Shown: piece after piece, positions 43,644 to 55,578 of the stretch
Layout of the letters: every line of letters begins with the position of its first letter
How positions within the stretch are numbered: the stretch's first letter is position 1
NCBI GenBank assembly: GCA_012295275.1
Contig: CM022671.1
Span: forward strand, 10,292,001 to 10,356,000
Length of the DNA stretch: 64,000 nt
Source of the DNA: Chrysomallon squamiferum
Taxonomy: Eukaryota > Animalia > Mollusca
Direction: 5' to 3'
The notes under the pieces: model-generated
The model's input: the letters and a program-made list of their open reading frames with translations, nothing else
Database searches by the model: none
Told to the model about the DNA's origin: nothing
Translations under genes and position numbers: made by a program

Positions 43644-45039
43644 TCTGTATGAAAGTTCTACAATAATAATAATAGTAATAATAATAATAATAATAATAAA
43701 ATAATAAAACAATAATAATAAAATAATAATAATAATAATATCAAAGCATGTCAACTGCAGTATGACAACATTTTATTTATTGTTTTATCTGCCAGTTTTT
43801 ATCTAAGACTTATGCCATGGTTTATTTTAATTTTTAAAATAAAATCCTGATTTTACATTACAAATAATCAGATTAATGAAAATATACAAATGTCTGGTGT
43901 TCTTATTTCTAATAACTAATAAACTTAAGAGAACATAACAGTAATAATGTACTGGATGAGATTTTGGAGGATTTTATTTGACCAATTCTTACTTGCTTTA
44001 GAATTGCTGCATTGGAAGTTCCAATAAAAATAATATCTGTAACAAACTTAGAATTATTATCAAAGCATCATCATGTGTGAGATCTTCACCATAAAAAAGA
44101 AAAACAAGAAGAAAAAAACAATTACTTAGCTAATGTATACAAGTTTTTCTTGTGTGCTTATTTCTAAGAACTAAGCTGGCTTTTATTTTATTTAGTTCTT
44201 TTAATTCTTCATTCAACAAAATAAATGAAATTAATGAATATTGTTTATAAAATACGAGAAAAAACACTGAATTGAATTAGTTCCAAATGAAGCAGTTTTG
44301 ATGGATTTTAGTTTTTTCATTTGTTAACTGGGTGGTTTTCTCAATAATTTTAATATTGAGAAAGACAAAATAAGAAAAAAAAAATTATAAAATTATTTGA
44401 GTTATGTTTTTTAGTAATTTCTACATAATTTCAGAAAATAAAAATCAGAGCTTTTGGGGCAGGTTTGTTTATTTAAAATCAATGATGTTACATACCAGCA
44501 ATTAGGATGACTTAAGCATTAAAAGTTAAAACTTTGATTAGTTTGCAAAATAATTGAACATTTTTAGATTTATATTTTTATTGTTGCTATTATACACCCT
44601 GGTTCTTGAAACTTGTAAAAATATAAGTTACCCTGAAGTTCTTATTTTAAAACATTTTGCACACCTCAGGTTTTAATTTCAGATTTCCTATAATATAGTA
44701 AGTCAAAATGTAAACTATATTGGTAGCATAGATTTCAGACAGGCACTTTCATATTAGTATCCTCTTTTTCATTTTTGGTTTCTGTTTTGTCTTTTTCTGT
44801 TTTACATTGATAAAAGAAAATTTATAATCTTAAATAGTACTTTTGAGATTTCAATTTGTTTTCCTGAACTCATTCTTTAAGTCCTTTGTTCACATGCATA
44901 TATTCATTTCTTTGTAGTACTTGAATACTGAAACAGTCAATTTTCTTTCTTGTAGTTTCCATTATAGAATAATTCATCATTTGGATGTTTATGAAAATTG
45001 GGTAAAGCATGTTCATAAAACTTTTTTCGAATTTAATTT

Positions 45040-45068
45040 TATTATTATTATTATTATTATTATTTTTA

Positions 45069-45125
<57 letters not shown>
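45040..45125. repeat. (TTA)n microsatellite
   Basis: Direct reading. Confidence 0.93.
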
Positions 45126-46809
45126 TAATAGAAAATTCAGTTAGCCAAGAATACATGTTTTATTTTTTCTCTCTAATTTCATCTTGCTGGTTAGAAACAG
45201 AAGGTATGTTAAAGTTTGCAAAACATCACTTTTGAAACTCACTGGAATGTTAACTGAATATCTTCTTTTGAAAGAAACTGCAGTCTCAACTGACCATCTT
45301 TCTAAAATCACTGCTATGTTAAATGATCATCTTTCTAAAGTCAGTGCAATGTTGAGACCATCTTCTTTCTGAAGCAACTGTATTTTTAAATATCAGTCTT
45401 ACTCTGTTATTTTTCTCATTTTTCTATTTCAGTTCTGTGTTCTGGGAATTCAATGATGTTTTCCTAGAACACAATTTAAAGTAGATAAATTAAGCATGTT
45501 TGTCTGAGCCTGTATATTACTTAGTGCTCTATTGAGCTATTTCAAAATTCACTGAGTGTTCTCTGAGTTGTTCATGAAGTTTTCTCTTTTTTGTCATATT
45601 CTGATATGTCAGGAAAGTTTTGTTCATTCATTCTATAAATTGTAATATTTTATTAAACTTTTAGTTTATTTAAGATAATTTAGTCCTTCATAATAAAAAC
45701 TGTGATCTTACCCATTCGACTTTCTCATTTTGTGTTCCCCAACTGTATGATCATTTTATTTACTTATTTTCACTAAAATGTGTTACAGAAATTCTGTAAA
45801 GATGATTGCTTCTGGAAAGACAGTAATTCTTGTGTACCTTTAGTGACCCCTATAATAGTTAGAAGTCTTAGAGTTATCTTGTTCCTAACTACTTTAGTGG
45901 TTTCAGTACACTGAGCCACAATTTAAGACCCTTTCTTTTATAGCAAGTTTTCATTGGCCAACTGTAATGAATGTATATATTTTCCTTTCTGCTGTTAGGT
46001 ACTCACTATTTTTCTAAAATGGGCAGCAATGTCTAATTCTGAGTATAAGCAGTCATTTCCATTACACTGAGTATGTCCTGATCAGATTTATTTCACCTTT
46101 TGTAAATGAAATTTCAAAAATAGATAGTTTATGATATATACCACACCAGTAAATTATGGAATTCTACTCAAAAAGAAAAAGCCATATTCATGACAGGATG
46201 TGAACTAACTAAGTACAGTGCAGAGGTCATGTATTAAAACTGTTCTCTAGGTTCTTGCTGTAATAATCTTCTTTTATAACTTTCTGTGTATCCATGCTGA
46301 TTTGCCCCATTCTGTTTGATCAGAACTGAAAATTATTAGGGAAAAACTTGACTTTCAATACAAAGTTTGTTAGTTACTTCTTGGTTTTTTTCACTGTTAA
46401 ATTTTTTCAGCAACACAATTCTTTAAGTTTAAATGATTTTGCTTCCACCTTTCTGTTAATAAACAAAGTTCTGTCACTTTTGGATTCCTTTAGGAATATT
46501 CTTCATCTGTTACTAGAAAATAAACAGCTTCTGCAAAATGTCTCTCTCCTTATCTTACTGAAACTCAAGTTACAATATCCTTTTCTGTATAAACAGTTCT
46601 CTGAAGGAACAATAAGGAAAACTGTCCAAATTACTGGACATTTTTAGTTCCAAACAGCATACTAAAAAACTTTGTGTCATCAACATTTATGTATACGCAC
46701 AGAATCAAGCTAGGAAAAAAAGAAAGAAGAGAAAAATGTGGAATAGCATTAAAAATTCAAACTCAGAAACATAATGTTCTAAAAATCTTAGTATCATTAA
46801 ATTATTAAA

Positions 46810-46812
<3 letters not shown>

Positions 46813-46857
<45 letters not shown>

Positions 46858-46997
46858 TCCACAAACATGTACACATGAACAAAATACTTAATCAGTTAAT
46901 GCATTCTCTTTCTGGACACAGTTAACCACTCTTAACAAATAATTTTCTTGTTATTATCATTTCATTGTCATTGTTGTTGTTGTAGTTATTATTATTA

Positions 46998-47064
<67 letters not shown>
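46813..47064. repeat. (CA)n (46813-46852) and (TTA)n (46986-47064) microsatellites
   Basis: Direct reading. Confidence 0.93.
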
Positions 47065-47065
<1 letters not shown>

Positions 47066-47306
47066 TCTTTTATTAGAAAGTTCAAGTTCCCTTTTCTCTC
47101 TTTTTGTTGTTTACTGCATCATTTTCAATGCCTTCTCCATTACTGGAAGTCTAGCTTGGATCTATTAAAATCAATGTCACTTACAACAAATTTAACAAAA
47201 CAATTTTTGAAAAAGTTGATGAATTCCTAAGTGTGATTTCTATTTCTTCATTATCATTTACAACTTTTTATATTGGTACACCTTATGAATATTTTTTCTA
47301 AATTTT

Positions 47307-47341
<35 letters not shown>

Positions 47342-48080
47342 TTTGTTTGAACTAAAAACAAAGCTATGTTAGTAAATTTGAGTATTTATATAACATTTTT
47401 TTTTATAAACTATTATGATTTACAAGTAAAAGAAAATTATCATTATTTTGCTTTTTTTTTTTTTTTCTGTACTTAGAAAAATCATCAGATGTACTATTTC
47501 TTTCATCATTTTTATTTTTAATATGAAAATAAAGCTATGCACTGCTGAATGTAAATGGTTTATACAAAACAATGGTGCAACTATTGAGAATGTACAATTT
47601 ATTGTTAATTATCTTCAGATAACTTACATTTTGTGATTAATTGCTCATTTTTAATGTTTTTTGTATAGCAGTAAACATGTTTAATATTACTAGTATTTCA
47701 TTCAATATTGTTTTAAAAAGGAACAAATTTGAAATATAAATTAATAAAATTATTAAAATTGTTTAGGTATCTGTAGCTAACAATGTAAAATGCATTATGG
47801 GCAATGAAATAAAGTGTAAATATTGTAAAAGCTTGGCTTAGATAACAGAATATACATGTAATGACAGTATTTATATAACACTGTTACACTGAAAATATTT
47901 CAATAAATGGCTTAATTGAATTTCTGGTTTGTTATTAGTATAGTTATGTGTGCACAAATTCATTTTCACCTTAGTGTGTAATTTTATAAATAACAACTAC
48001 AAATGGTTTAACTTGATGCTTTTTCATGTGTTTATGAAATGACAGAAATTGAAGATTGAAAGCAAAGTCATCAAAGGTTA

Positions 48081-51000
48081 GTTTATTTTGGTGAAAGAAT
48101 ACATGCTGAAATTAAAGTTACAACAAAAAAAAAATTGATCACTGTACATAAAAATATTTTAAGAGGACTCACAATCTTGACAAGTCATACCCTTTGGTCA
48201 GTCAGATGTTAACACAATTTCTGGGATTCATAAATGATATTGCATGAAATGTTATGAATAAAACATGAATCAATGTTCAACAAACTTGATTATTCTATTG
48301 ATGACTGGTACTGGGATGATCTTCAAGTCATACTGACAGATATCATAGAAGAAATGAATAACATTTGTTTGAATATGCATTTAAGAAGAAATTTACAATC
48401 AAAGAATAATCAATCGAAATGTTATTTTCAAAAGAAATCAAGTATTTTACAAAAGTTGAAATGTTATTTTCAAATAGCCCAAATCAAATATGCATAACAG
48501 AACAGATCATATATTTAAATTATTTCTTATCATATTATTTTACAGATTAAGTCATGAAAAGAAAAGGAAAGAAAAAGAAACATAGGCTGTCAAAATATTC
48601 TCTTAATTTTAAAAGTAATGAGAACACATCTAACAGTTAAGATTTCATTTATCACTATTATTACTTAGCATTTGTTTGATTATTATTATTATTGTTTTTT
48701 TTTTTTTATTTTATTCTTATTTTATGATTTTTTTATTTATTAATTTGTGCATTACATAGATACTTCTCCCATTAGTGATGTCTGAATGTAAGTTATTTCT
48801 CTTAGACCATTTTATTGAGAAAGAGAATCATGAATATACTGCTAGACATTTTCAATGCTATTAACATGAAAGGAAAAAAGATGGTTAACTGTTCTATTAA
48901 AAAGGTTGTATAAATCTGGAGTATTTATTTTTTTCTTATTTTATTCAGTTATCAGGGCTGTTTCATCTAAATACCTGAAGAATAATTATTTAAAGTTACC
49001 ATATTTCATCCATTTAAAAATATATTGCTCTTAATTAATTATAAATTGTTGTCTTCTTTTAAGGACTCTTCATACAATATGGATCTTTTATAAATATACA
49101 TAAGAAGCAGCCTGAATCAGATACTTTAATCCCATGTGTAGAAAATAAATAACAATCAGATACCAAAAACTAATTACCCCCCTAAAACAATAAAAATAAA
49201 TTAAATAAAACCAAAAAGCCTGAATCAGATACTGTTTTCCAGTGGAGACAATAAAAAACAACAATCATATAATAAAACGAAAAATAAAAAACAATTAAAT
49301 AAAAAATATATATATCAATAAATAACTATATAAAAACTTGCCCCAAAAATATCAGTTTTAATCAGATAGTGTAAAACAATGTAATATTAAAATTAATTTA
49401 AAAAATAAAATAATAATAATAATAATATAATAATAATAATAAATAAAGTAAACATTTTAAAATAAATTAATAAAAAAGTATAAATACAAACATAACAGCT
49501 GAATCAGACACTATAATCCAGTGTGTTGACAACAAATAACAATCACATATTAAAAGCAAATTAACCCCAAACAAAAAAACAACAAAGAAAAGCAAGAAGC
49601 CTGAATCAGATGCTGTAATTCATTGTATTGACATTAAAGAAACAACAAACTAAAAAAGGGAAGGAAAAAATTAACACATCCCCTAAAAAGACATAATCCA
49701 ACTGATAACTGATAATAATAATGATATAATAAATAAAAACCAAAATATTCTTTTTCAGTTTTGTATGTGTTATTTTTTAAAATAATAATTGAAAAGTATG
49801 TTATGACTTAAACTGCTATGTTTTTACGACTATGTAAAAGACAAAATTCATTTTTCTTTATAAAAGAAAGTTAAGGCTTACTTACGGAAACCAATATGAG
49901 TACAGATGTGGACATATTGGTGTATTAAGAATTACCTCCCCTCCAATGATTGCAATAACAGTTTTGCACAGGTTTCAGTTCTACACAAATCAAAATAGTT
50001 TATGCAAATTGGGTTCAATGATGCCATGATTCCCTGTCCCTAGCACCTCCCACAAATATTAGATTATCATGCTTTTAATATATATATATGTAAAAACTGT
50101 AAACACGCATACAAAACACACACACACACACACTGGAAAGAAGAATATGTTTCATTGTTTGGAGAAAGAAAACATGCTGACATTCAAGTCACTAAAGAAA
50201 AAAATAAATACTGACCACTGTACATAAAAATATTTTAAGAGGACTCACAATCTTGACAACAGTCATACCCTTTGGTCAGTCAGTTGTTAACACAATTTCA
50301 GGGATTCATAAATGATATTGCGTGAAATGTTATGAATAAAACATGAATCAATGTTCAACAAACTTGATTATTCTATTGATGACTGGTACCGGGATGATCT
50401 TCAAGTCATACTGACAAATATAGAAGAAATGAATAACATTTGTTTGAATATACATTTAGGAATTAATTTACAATCAAAGAATAATCAATCAAGCTATTAA
50501 AGGAAGAAATAAAGTATTTTACAAAAGTTGAAATGTTATTTTCAAATAGCTCAAATCTATTATGCATAACAAGAACAGATCATATATTTAAATTATTTCT
50601 TATCATATTATTTTACAGATTAAGTCACGAAAAGAAAAGGAAATAAAAAGAAACCCAGGCTATCAAAATACTCTATTAATTTTAAAAGTAATGAGAACAC
50701 AACATCTAACAGTTAAGATTTCATTTATCACTATTATTACTTAGCATTTGTTTGATTATTATTGTTGTTGTTTGTTTTTATTTTATTCTTATTATTTTAT
50801 CATTTTTTATTTATTAATTTGTGCATTACATAGATACTTCTCCCATTAGTGATGTCTAAATGTAAGAGTTATTTCTCTTAGACCATTTTATTTCGAAAGA
50901 GAATCATGAATGTATTGCTAGACATTTTCATGTCCATTAACATGAAAGAAAAAAGATGGATAAATGCTCTGTTAAAGAGGTTCTATAAATCTGGAGTTTT

Positions 51001-52192
51001 TCCTTTTTTCTTATTTTTTTCAGTTATCAGGGCTGTTTCATCTAAATACATGATGAATAATTATTTAAAGTTACCATATTTCATCCATTTAAAAATATAT
51101 TGCTGTTAATTAATTATAAATTATTGTCTTCTTTTAAGGACTCTTCATACAATATGGATCTTTAATAAATATACATAAGAAGCAGCCTGAATCAGATACT
51201 TTAATCCCATGTGTAGACAATAAATAACAATCAGATACCAAAAACTAATTACCCCCCTAAAACAATAAAAAGAAATTAAACAAAACCAAAAAGCCTGAAT
51301 CAGATGCTGTTTTCCAGTATAGACAATAAAAAACAACAATCATATAATAAAATGAACAAAAAAAAATAATAAAAAAAAAAATATATATATATATATAAAT
51401 AAATAAATAAATAAAAACTCCCCCCAAAATATCAGTTTTAATCAGATACTGTAAAACAATGTAATGTTAAAAATAATTTAAAAAATAAAATAATAATAAT
51501 AATAATAATAATAATTAGTAAAGTAAAAGTTTAAAAGAAATTAATAAAAAAATAAAAATACAAACATAACAGCTGAATCAGACACTGTAATCCAGTGTGT
51601 TGACAACAAATAACAATCAGATACTAAAAGCAAATTAACCCCCCCAAAAAAATAATAATAAAAAGCAAGAAGCCTGAATCAGATGCTGTAATTCATTGTA
51701 TAGACATTAAAGAAACAACAAAAAAAAAAAGGGAAGAAAAAAATAACACCTCCCCTAAAAAGACCTAACCCAACTGATAACTGATAATAATAATAATAAA
51801 ATAATAATGATAATAAAATAAATATAAACCAAAATATTCTTTTTCAGTTTTGTACGTGTTATTTTTTAAACAATAATTGAAAAGTTTGTTATGACTTAAA
51901 CTGCTATGTTTTTACATAGGTAAAAGATGACATTCTTTTTTCTTTATATAAGAAAGTAAAGGCTTCTTACGGAAACCAATATGAGTACAGATGTGGACAT
52001 ATTGGTGTATTAAGAATTACCTCCCCTCCAATGATTGCAATAACAGTTTTGCACAGGTTTCAGTTATGCACAAATCAAAATAGTTTATGCAAATTGGGTT
52101 CAATGATGCCATGATTCCCTGTCCCTACCACCTCCCACAAATATTGGATTTTCATGCTTTTAACATATATATATATGTATGTAAAAGCTGTA

Positions 52193-52243
<51 letters not shown>

Positions 52244-52256
52244 GAAAGAAGAATAT
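48081..52256. repeat. Tandem segmental duplication, ~2.07-2.1-kb unit x2
   Basis: 48081-50148 and 50149-52256 are colinear, from cactgtacataaaaatattttaagagg (48140/50216) to cacactggaaagaagaatat. Each contains several internal CTGAATCAGA(T/C)AC-headed subrepeats. Confidence 0.95.
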
Positions 52257-53078
52257 AATCAAAATGAAATCAAATTTAAATTTTGCAATAATTTTGATAT
52301 GTCATGTTTTCGTCTATCGTCCAATGTTTCCTAGTAAAAATGTGATTGTTGTTGCAAAGTTATAATAAAACAATACCAAGATAGTCACAAAACACTATTA
52401 TTTGTCATTCACATTTTCTTTCTTTTTTATATTTGGGCCAGTTTTATTAGAATATTTTGGATTAATAACACATTGATTCACAATGGTATGAAAAGAATGA
52501 CATAAGAAAAAGAATGACTAGAATAACATTAAGAAACCATCTCAAAATACATTATTTACAATCCCATCCATGTGAAAGAGCAAGAATTGTTTTTCAGTGT
52601 TAAGATTACTGTGGGAGATTATATTAAAAAGATAACTATACATTTTAAAAAAGCATTTGGTATCAAAACAATTCTTAAACACATTATGCTGAAAACATTG
52701 TATTTGTAAATGTGAATATGAAAAATTTATTTCAGAAATTTCAGGTCGTTCTTTTTCTTTTTCCCCCATAATCCAAATGCAAAAGAATGCATTACTAAAA
52801 AATAAAATGATTGTCAAAATACAAATTTTATCCTTTTTTTAATCATATCTCTCTTTGAATTTTTTTTACACATTATTATGGATTATTATTATTAACATTA
52901 ATTGTTCTTTTCAACACTTGGTATTTTGGTTTCACAGGATATCAGTATACAGTGAAAAAATGGGCACTGGTACTGAAAAGAAAGCAAAAGAAATTATTAA
53001 ATTTCTAAACCTTTTTTTTTTTTTTTTTTCTCATTTTATTGTATTAAATAATGATGGAATTAGTACACTGCTATAACA

Positions 53079-53711
53079 CTACATTCTGTTCATGAGTAGC
53101 ACTAACAATTTATGACACATTAAAATTACCAAACATGACTGACTAACTGCCAACATGAAGAATACGGTCTTCAGAATATCATGTGACACAAACTTTGGAT
53201 AACCAAATCCCAGGGATTCAATGTCTTTACATAGTTTCTGAAAATGCTTCCATGTAGGATCTGGAACGAATCTTTCTGTGATATTAGCTCTGAAGTCCGG
53301 GCCATTGAACTGGTCATACAGTGTGAATGAAACTGGCAGCATGAAAGGCAAGTCTAGGATATTGTCATATTCACCAGGTAACAGTTTGATATAGGCTGAC
53401 AGAAACTTCCCTTCTCCTTGACCATTTCCATTAAGAAACACAGACAATGCAGCTTTGTAGCCGAATCGCGATGTGTAAAATGACTGACTGACAAGCTCCT
53501 TCATACTGTTCTTATAACAAGCTTCTATGTATTTGGCCTTGTAGTTGGAAATCTTCCAGATGAAGGTTCCGTCTGTGACATGCGTGACAGCATGCACAGC
53601 AGCACACAGTTGGGAAATCTGGTTCTGTTGGTTCTTCACAAGGTTGCACATGAGCTGAAGGTGTGTCTTTGTAGATTCTTCCACATGTTTGTCCATGGTG
53701 AAACGTGGGCT
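53079..53711 (-). CDS. TRAF4: TRAF4-like terminal exon (coiled coil and MATH/TRAF-C domain); open frame but degenerate
   Basis: tttgcag|SPRFTMDKHVEESTKTHLQLMC..DGTFIWKI..FYTSRFGYK..FLNGNGQGEGKFLS.YIKLLPGEYDNIL..PDPTWKHFQK..SLGFGYPKFVSH. Confidence 0.8.
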   Translation of the reverse strand, partial: SPRFTMDKHVEESTKTHLQLMCNLVKNQQNQISQLCAAVHAVTHVTDGTFIWKISNYKAKYIEACYKNSMKELVSQSFYTSRFGYKAALSVFLNGNGQGEGKFLSAYIKLLPGEYDNILDLPFMLPVSFTLYDQFNGPDFRANITERFVPDPTWKHFQKLCKDIESLGFGYPKFVSHDILKTVFFMLAVSQSCLVILMCHKLLVLLMNRM

Positions 53712-54091
53712 CTGCAAAGGATTAAACTGAAATAAGTTTTTGGATTAGACAAGGATAATGAAACACGTGAAATGAATAAGCTGTGTAATGTATAACTAAT
53801 TTTCTTTTTAAATCTGTGGTAACAAATTATTATTAATAAACCATAAATGATAAGAAAAATTATATATTTAAAGAATCCGAAAATATTTAAAATTTAAAAA
53901 ATATTGAAAAACTAAATACAGTACAAGCAGCCAGACTGAGAATGTCTGTTTTGGTTTTACATATAACTACACACTATACTTACTCTTTTAAGAAAAACAT
54001 ATACTTATTTTTTCCAAACATGACCAAATGCAACAGAATGTAAACTAAATAGACCACAAAGTACTAAAGACATAATACAACTGAAACGTAC

Positions 54092-54247
54092 CTTGTATTT
54101 ACATCATGCCTCTTTGAATGGACAAGACACAGTAGCAGATGGACACATCTCTTGAAGATGAATGCTCATTTCTTCACGTGGTATTTTGGTTGGATCACAT
54201 CGATTCGGCCAAGCAAGAGGAAATCGTGGGCACTGGTACTGATGTGT
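54092..54247 (-). pseudogene. TRAF4: TRAF4-like zinc-finger exon with premature stop
   Basis: ttgtag|THQYQCPRFPLAWPNRCDPTKIPREEMSIHLQEMCPSATVSCPFKEA*CKYK|gtacgt. Confidence 0.9.
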
Positions 54248-54483
54248 CTACAAGCAAATGGTGAACTATTAATATATTCTAAAAAAAAAATTGTTTTATA
54301 TTTTTGTCTTATTTTATTATTAATTTCTTCAAGAGATCTGTGTGTAATGTAATCAAAGTGCTTTGCAAACAATTTTATTTGAAAAATAGTTGTGAAGGAT
54401 ATCTGAGACAAAGAAATAAAAAAAGGCACTTAACGTTTTTTACAATTATGAAATATACAGTTTAAGGATATAATTTAATTTAC

Positions 54484-54645
54484 CTGCAGTGTTTCTTGTA
54501 GAAACTCTCTGCTGCAGTAATCACAGTTGACAGTTCTCTTGTGACATTCATTTTTCATGTGGTTGGACAAAAACCTTCTTTCCAGTTTTGCCCCACACTT
54601 GTTCTCACACCAAACAACCTCCTTTGGACAGTTTCCAGAATGTGT
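54484..54645 (-). CDS. TRAF4: TRAF4-like zinc-finger exon (open)
   Basis: gtcttag|THSGNCPKEVVWCENKCGAKLERRFLSNHMKNECHKRTVNCDYCSREFLQETLQ|gtaaat. Confidence 0.85.
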
Positions 54646-55353
54646 CTAAGACAGGAAAAACAGATTCAAGGAATTAAGTATTACCTCTTTTAAAACACAT
54701 ATTCTTTAATGAATGTCTTCTGTTTGTTGTACTGCCATGTTCCCATCAACCTCATTATTATCCTACTGAGTACCAGTGTGACTTCCACCATCATTTGTTG
54801 AATCATTTCACTCTATTTTCCTTGTAGAGTCATTATCTAGCAGAGTTATATATGCTATTACATCCAACAATGGAATAAACCCAAGTATCTGCATTGTTTG
54901 CAAAACATTATGTCAATTACAATAACTATTTTCAGTAACATTTTCATGTTCTTTAACAAAATATATTGTTGTTAATTAATTATAATTTGTTGCCTTCTTT
55001 TAAAGACTCTTCGTACATTTCATGGATTTGAGTTTTCCTTTTTTCTTTTTTTTTTTTGACTTTATGGTCCAAATAAACAAATCTCGAAAAATATAACAGA
55101 CTGAATGAGAGAACTGTAATCCAGTGTGTAGACATCAAAAAACAAACAAAAAGAAATTAAGGAAACAAACAAAAAACAAAACCAAAAACCATAGCCTTTT
55201 AATATTTTGTTTTTATGATTATTATTTTTATTTTTTTATTGTTTGGCTTTATTAAATAGTAGGTAGTAGAGGTGCCAGACAATTTATCAAGCAAATCAAA
55301 TCAAGCAGTTGATACTATCACAATGTGTACTGATGTGCACCTTGTACCTGGAA

Positions 55354-55578
55354 ATGAAAAGAAAAGGAAATAATAAGAAACATAGGCTATCAAAATACTC
55401 TCTTAATTTTAAAAGTAATGAGAACACAACATCTAACAGTTAAGATTTCATTTATCACTATTATTACTTAGCATTTGTTTGATTATTATTGTTGTTGTTT
55501 GTTTTTATTTTATTCTTATTATTTTATCATTTTTTATTTATTAATTTGTGCATTATATAGATACTTCTCCCATTAGTG
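55354..55578. repeat. Third partial copy of the 2-kb duplication unit
   Basis: gaaaagaaaaggaaa..ggctatcaaaatactct..atacttctcccattagtg matches ~48553-48777 and ~50628-50850. Confidence 0.92.

Larger units (their letters stand above)
34550..44170. repeat. Field of old diverged AT-rich repeats in both orientations
   Basis: The motif GAAATAAGCACATCTGATTTAAA recurs near 34590, 34920, 35110, 35630, 36200, 40090 and 40210. Its reverse complement occurs near 38095, 39110, 40640, 41225, 41640, 43895 and 44155. ~530-bp units at 35070-35520 and 35590-36030 align by eye. Confidence 0.75.
53079..54645 (-). pseudogene. TRAF4: TRAF4-like gene, 3' three exons, disabled
   Basis: Phase-0 exons 54645-54484, 54247-54092 and 53711-53079 align colinearly with recalled TRAF4 zinc fingers, coiled coil and MATH domain. 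In-frame TGA at 54106-54104; C->W in a zinc ligand. Confidence 0.88.

Noticed and set aside
43184-43704. ORFs of up to 168 aa over the 173-bp dimer
   Set aside because: Poly-L start from (TTA)n; the unit length is not a multiple of 3; no splice or domain support.
49894-49925. Hairpin accaatatg..catattggt as a miRNA precursor
   Set aside because: Only a 9-bp stem, too short and expected by chance in AT-rich DNA.
54104-54106. Selenocysteine TGA in the TRAF4 zinc finger
   Set aside because: It aligns with Gly (EAGCK), not Cys. Other degenerative changes co-occur and no SECIS was recognised.
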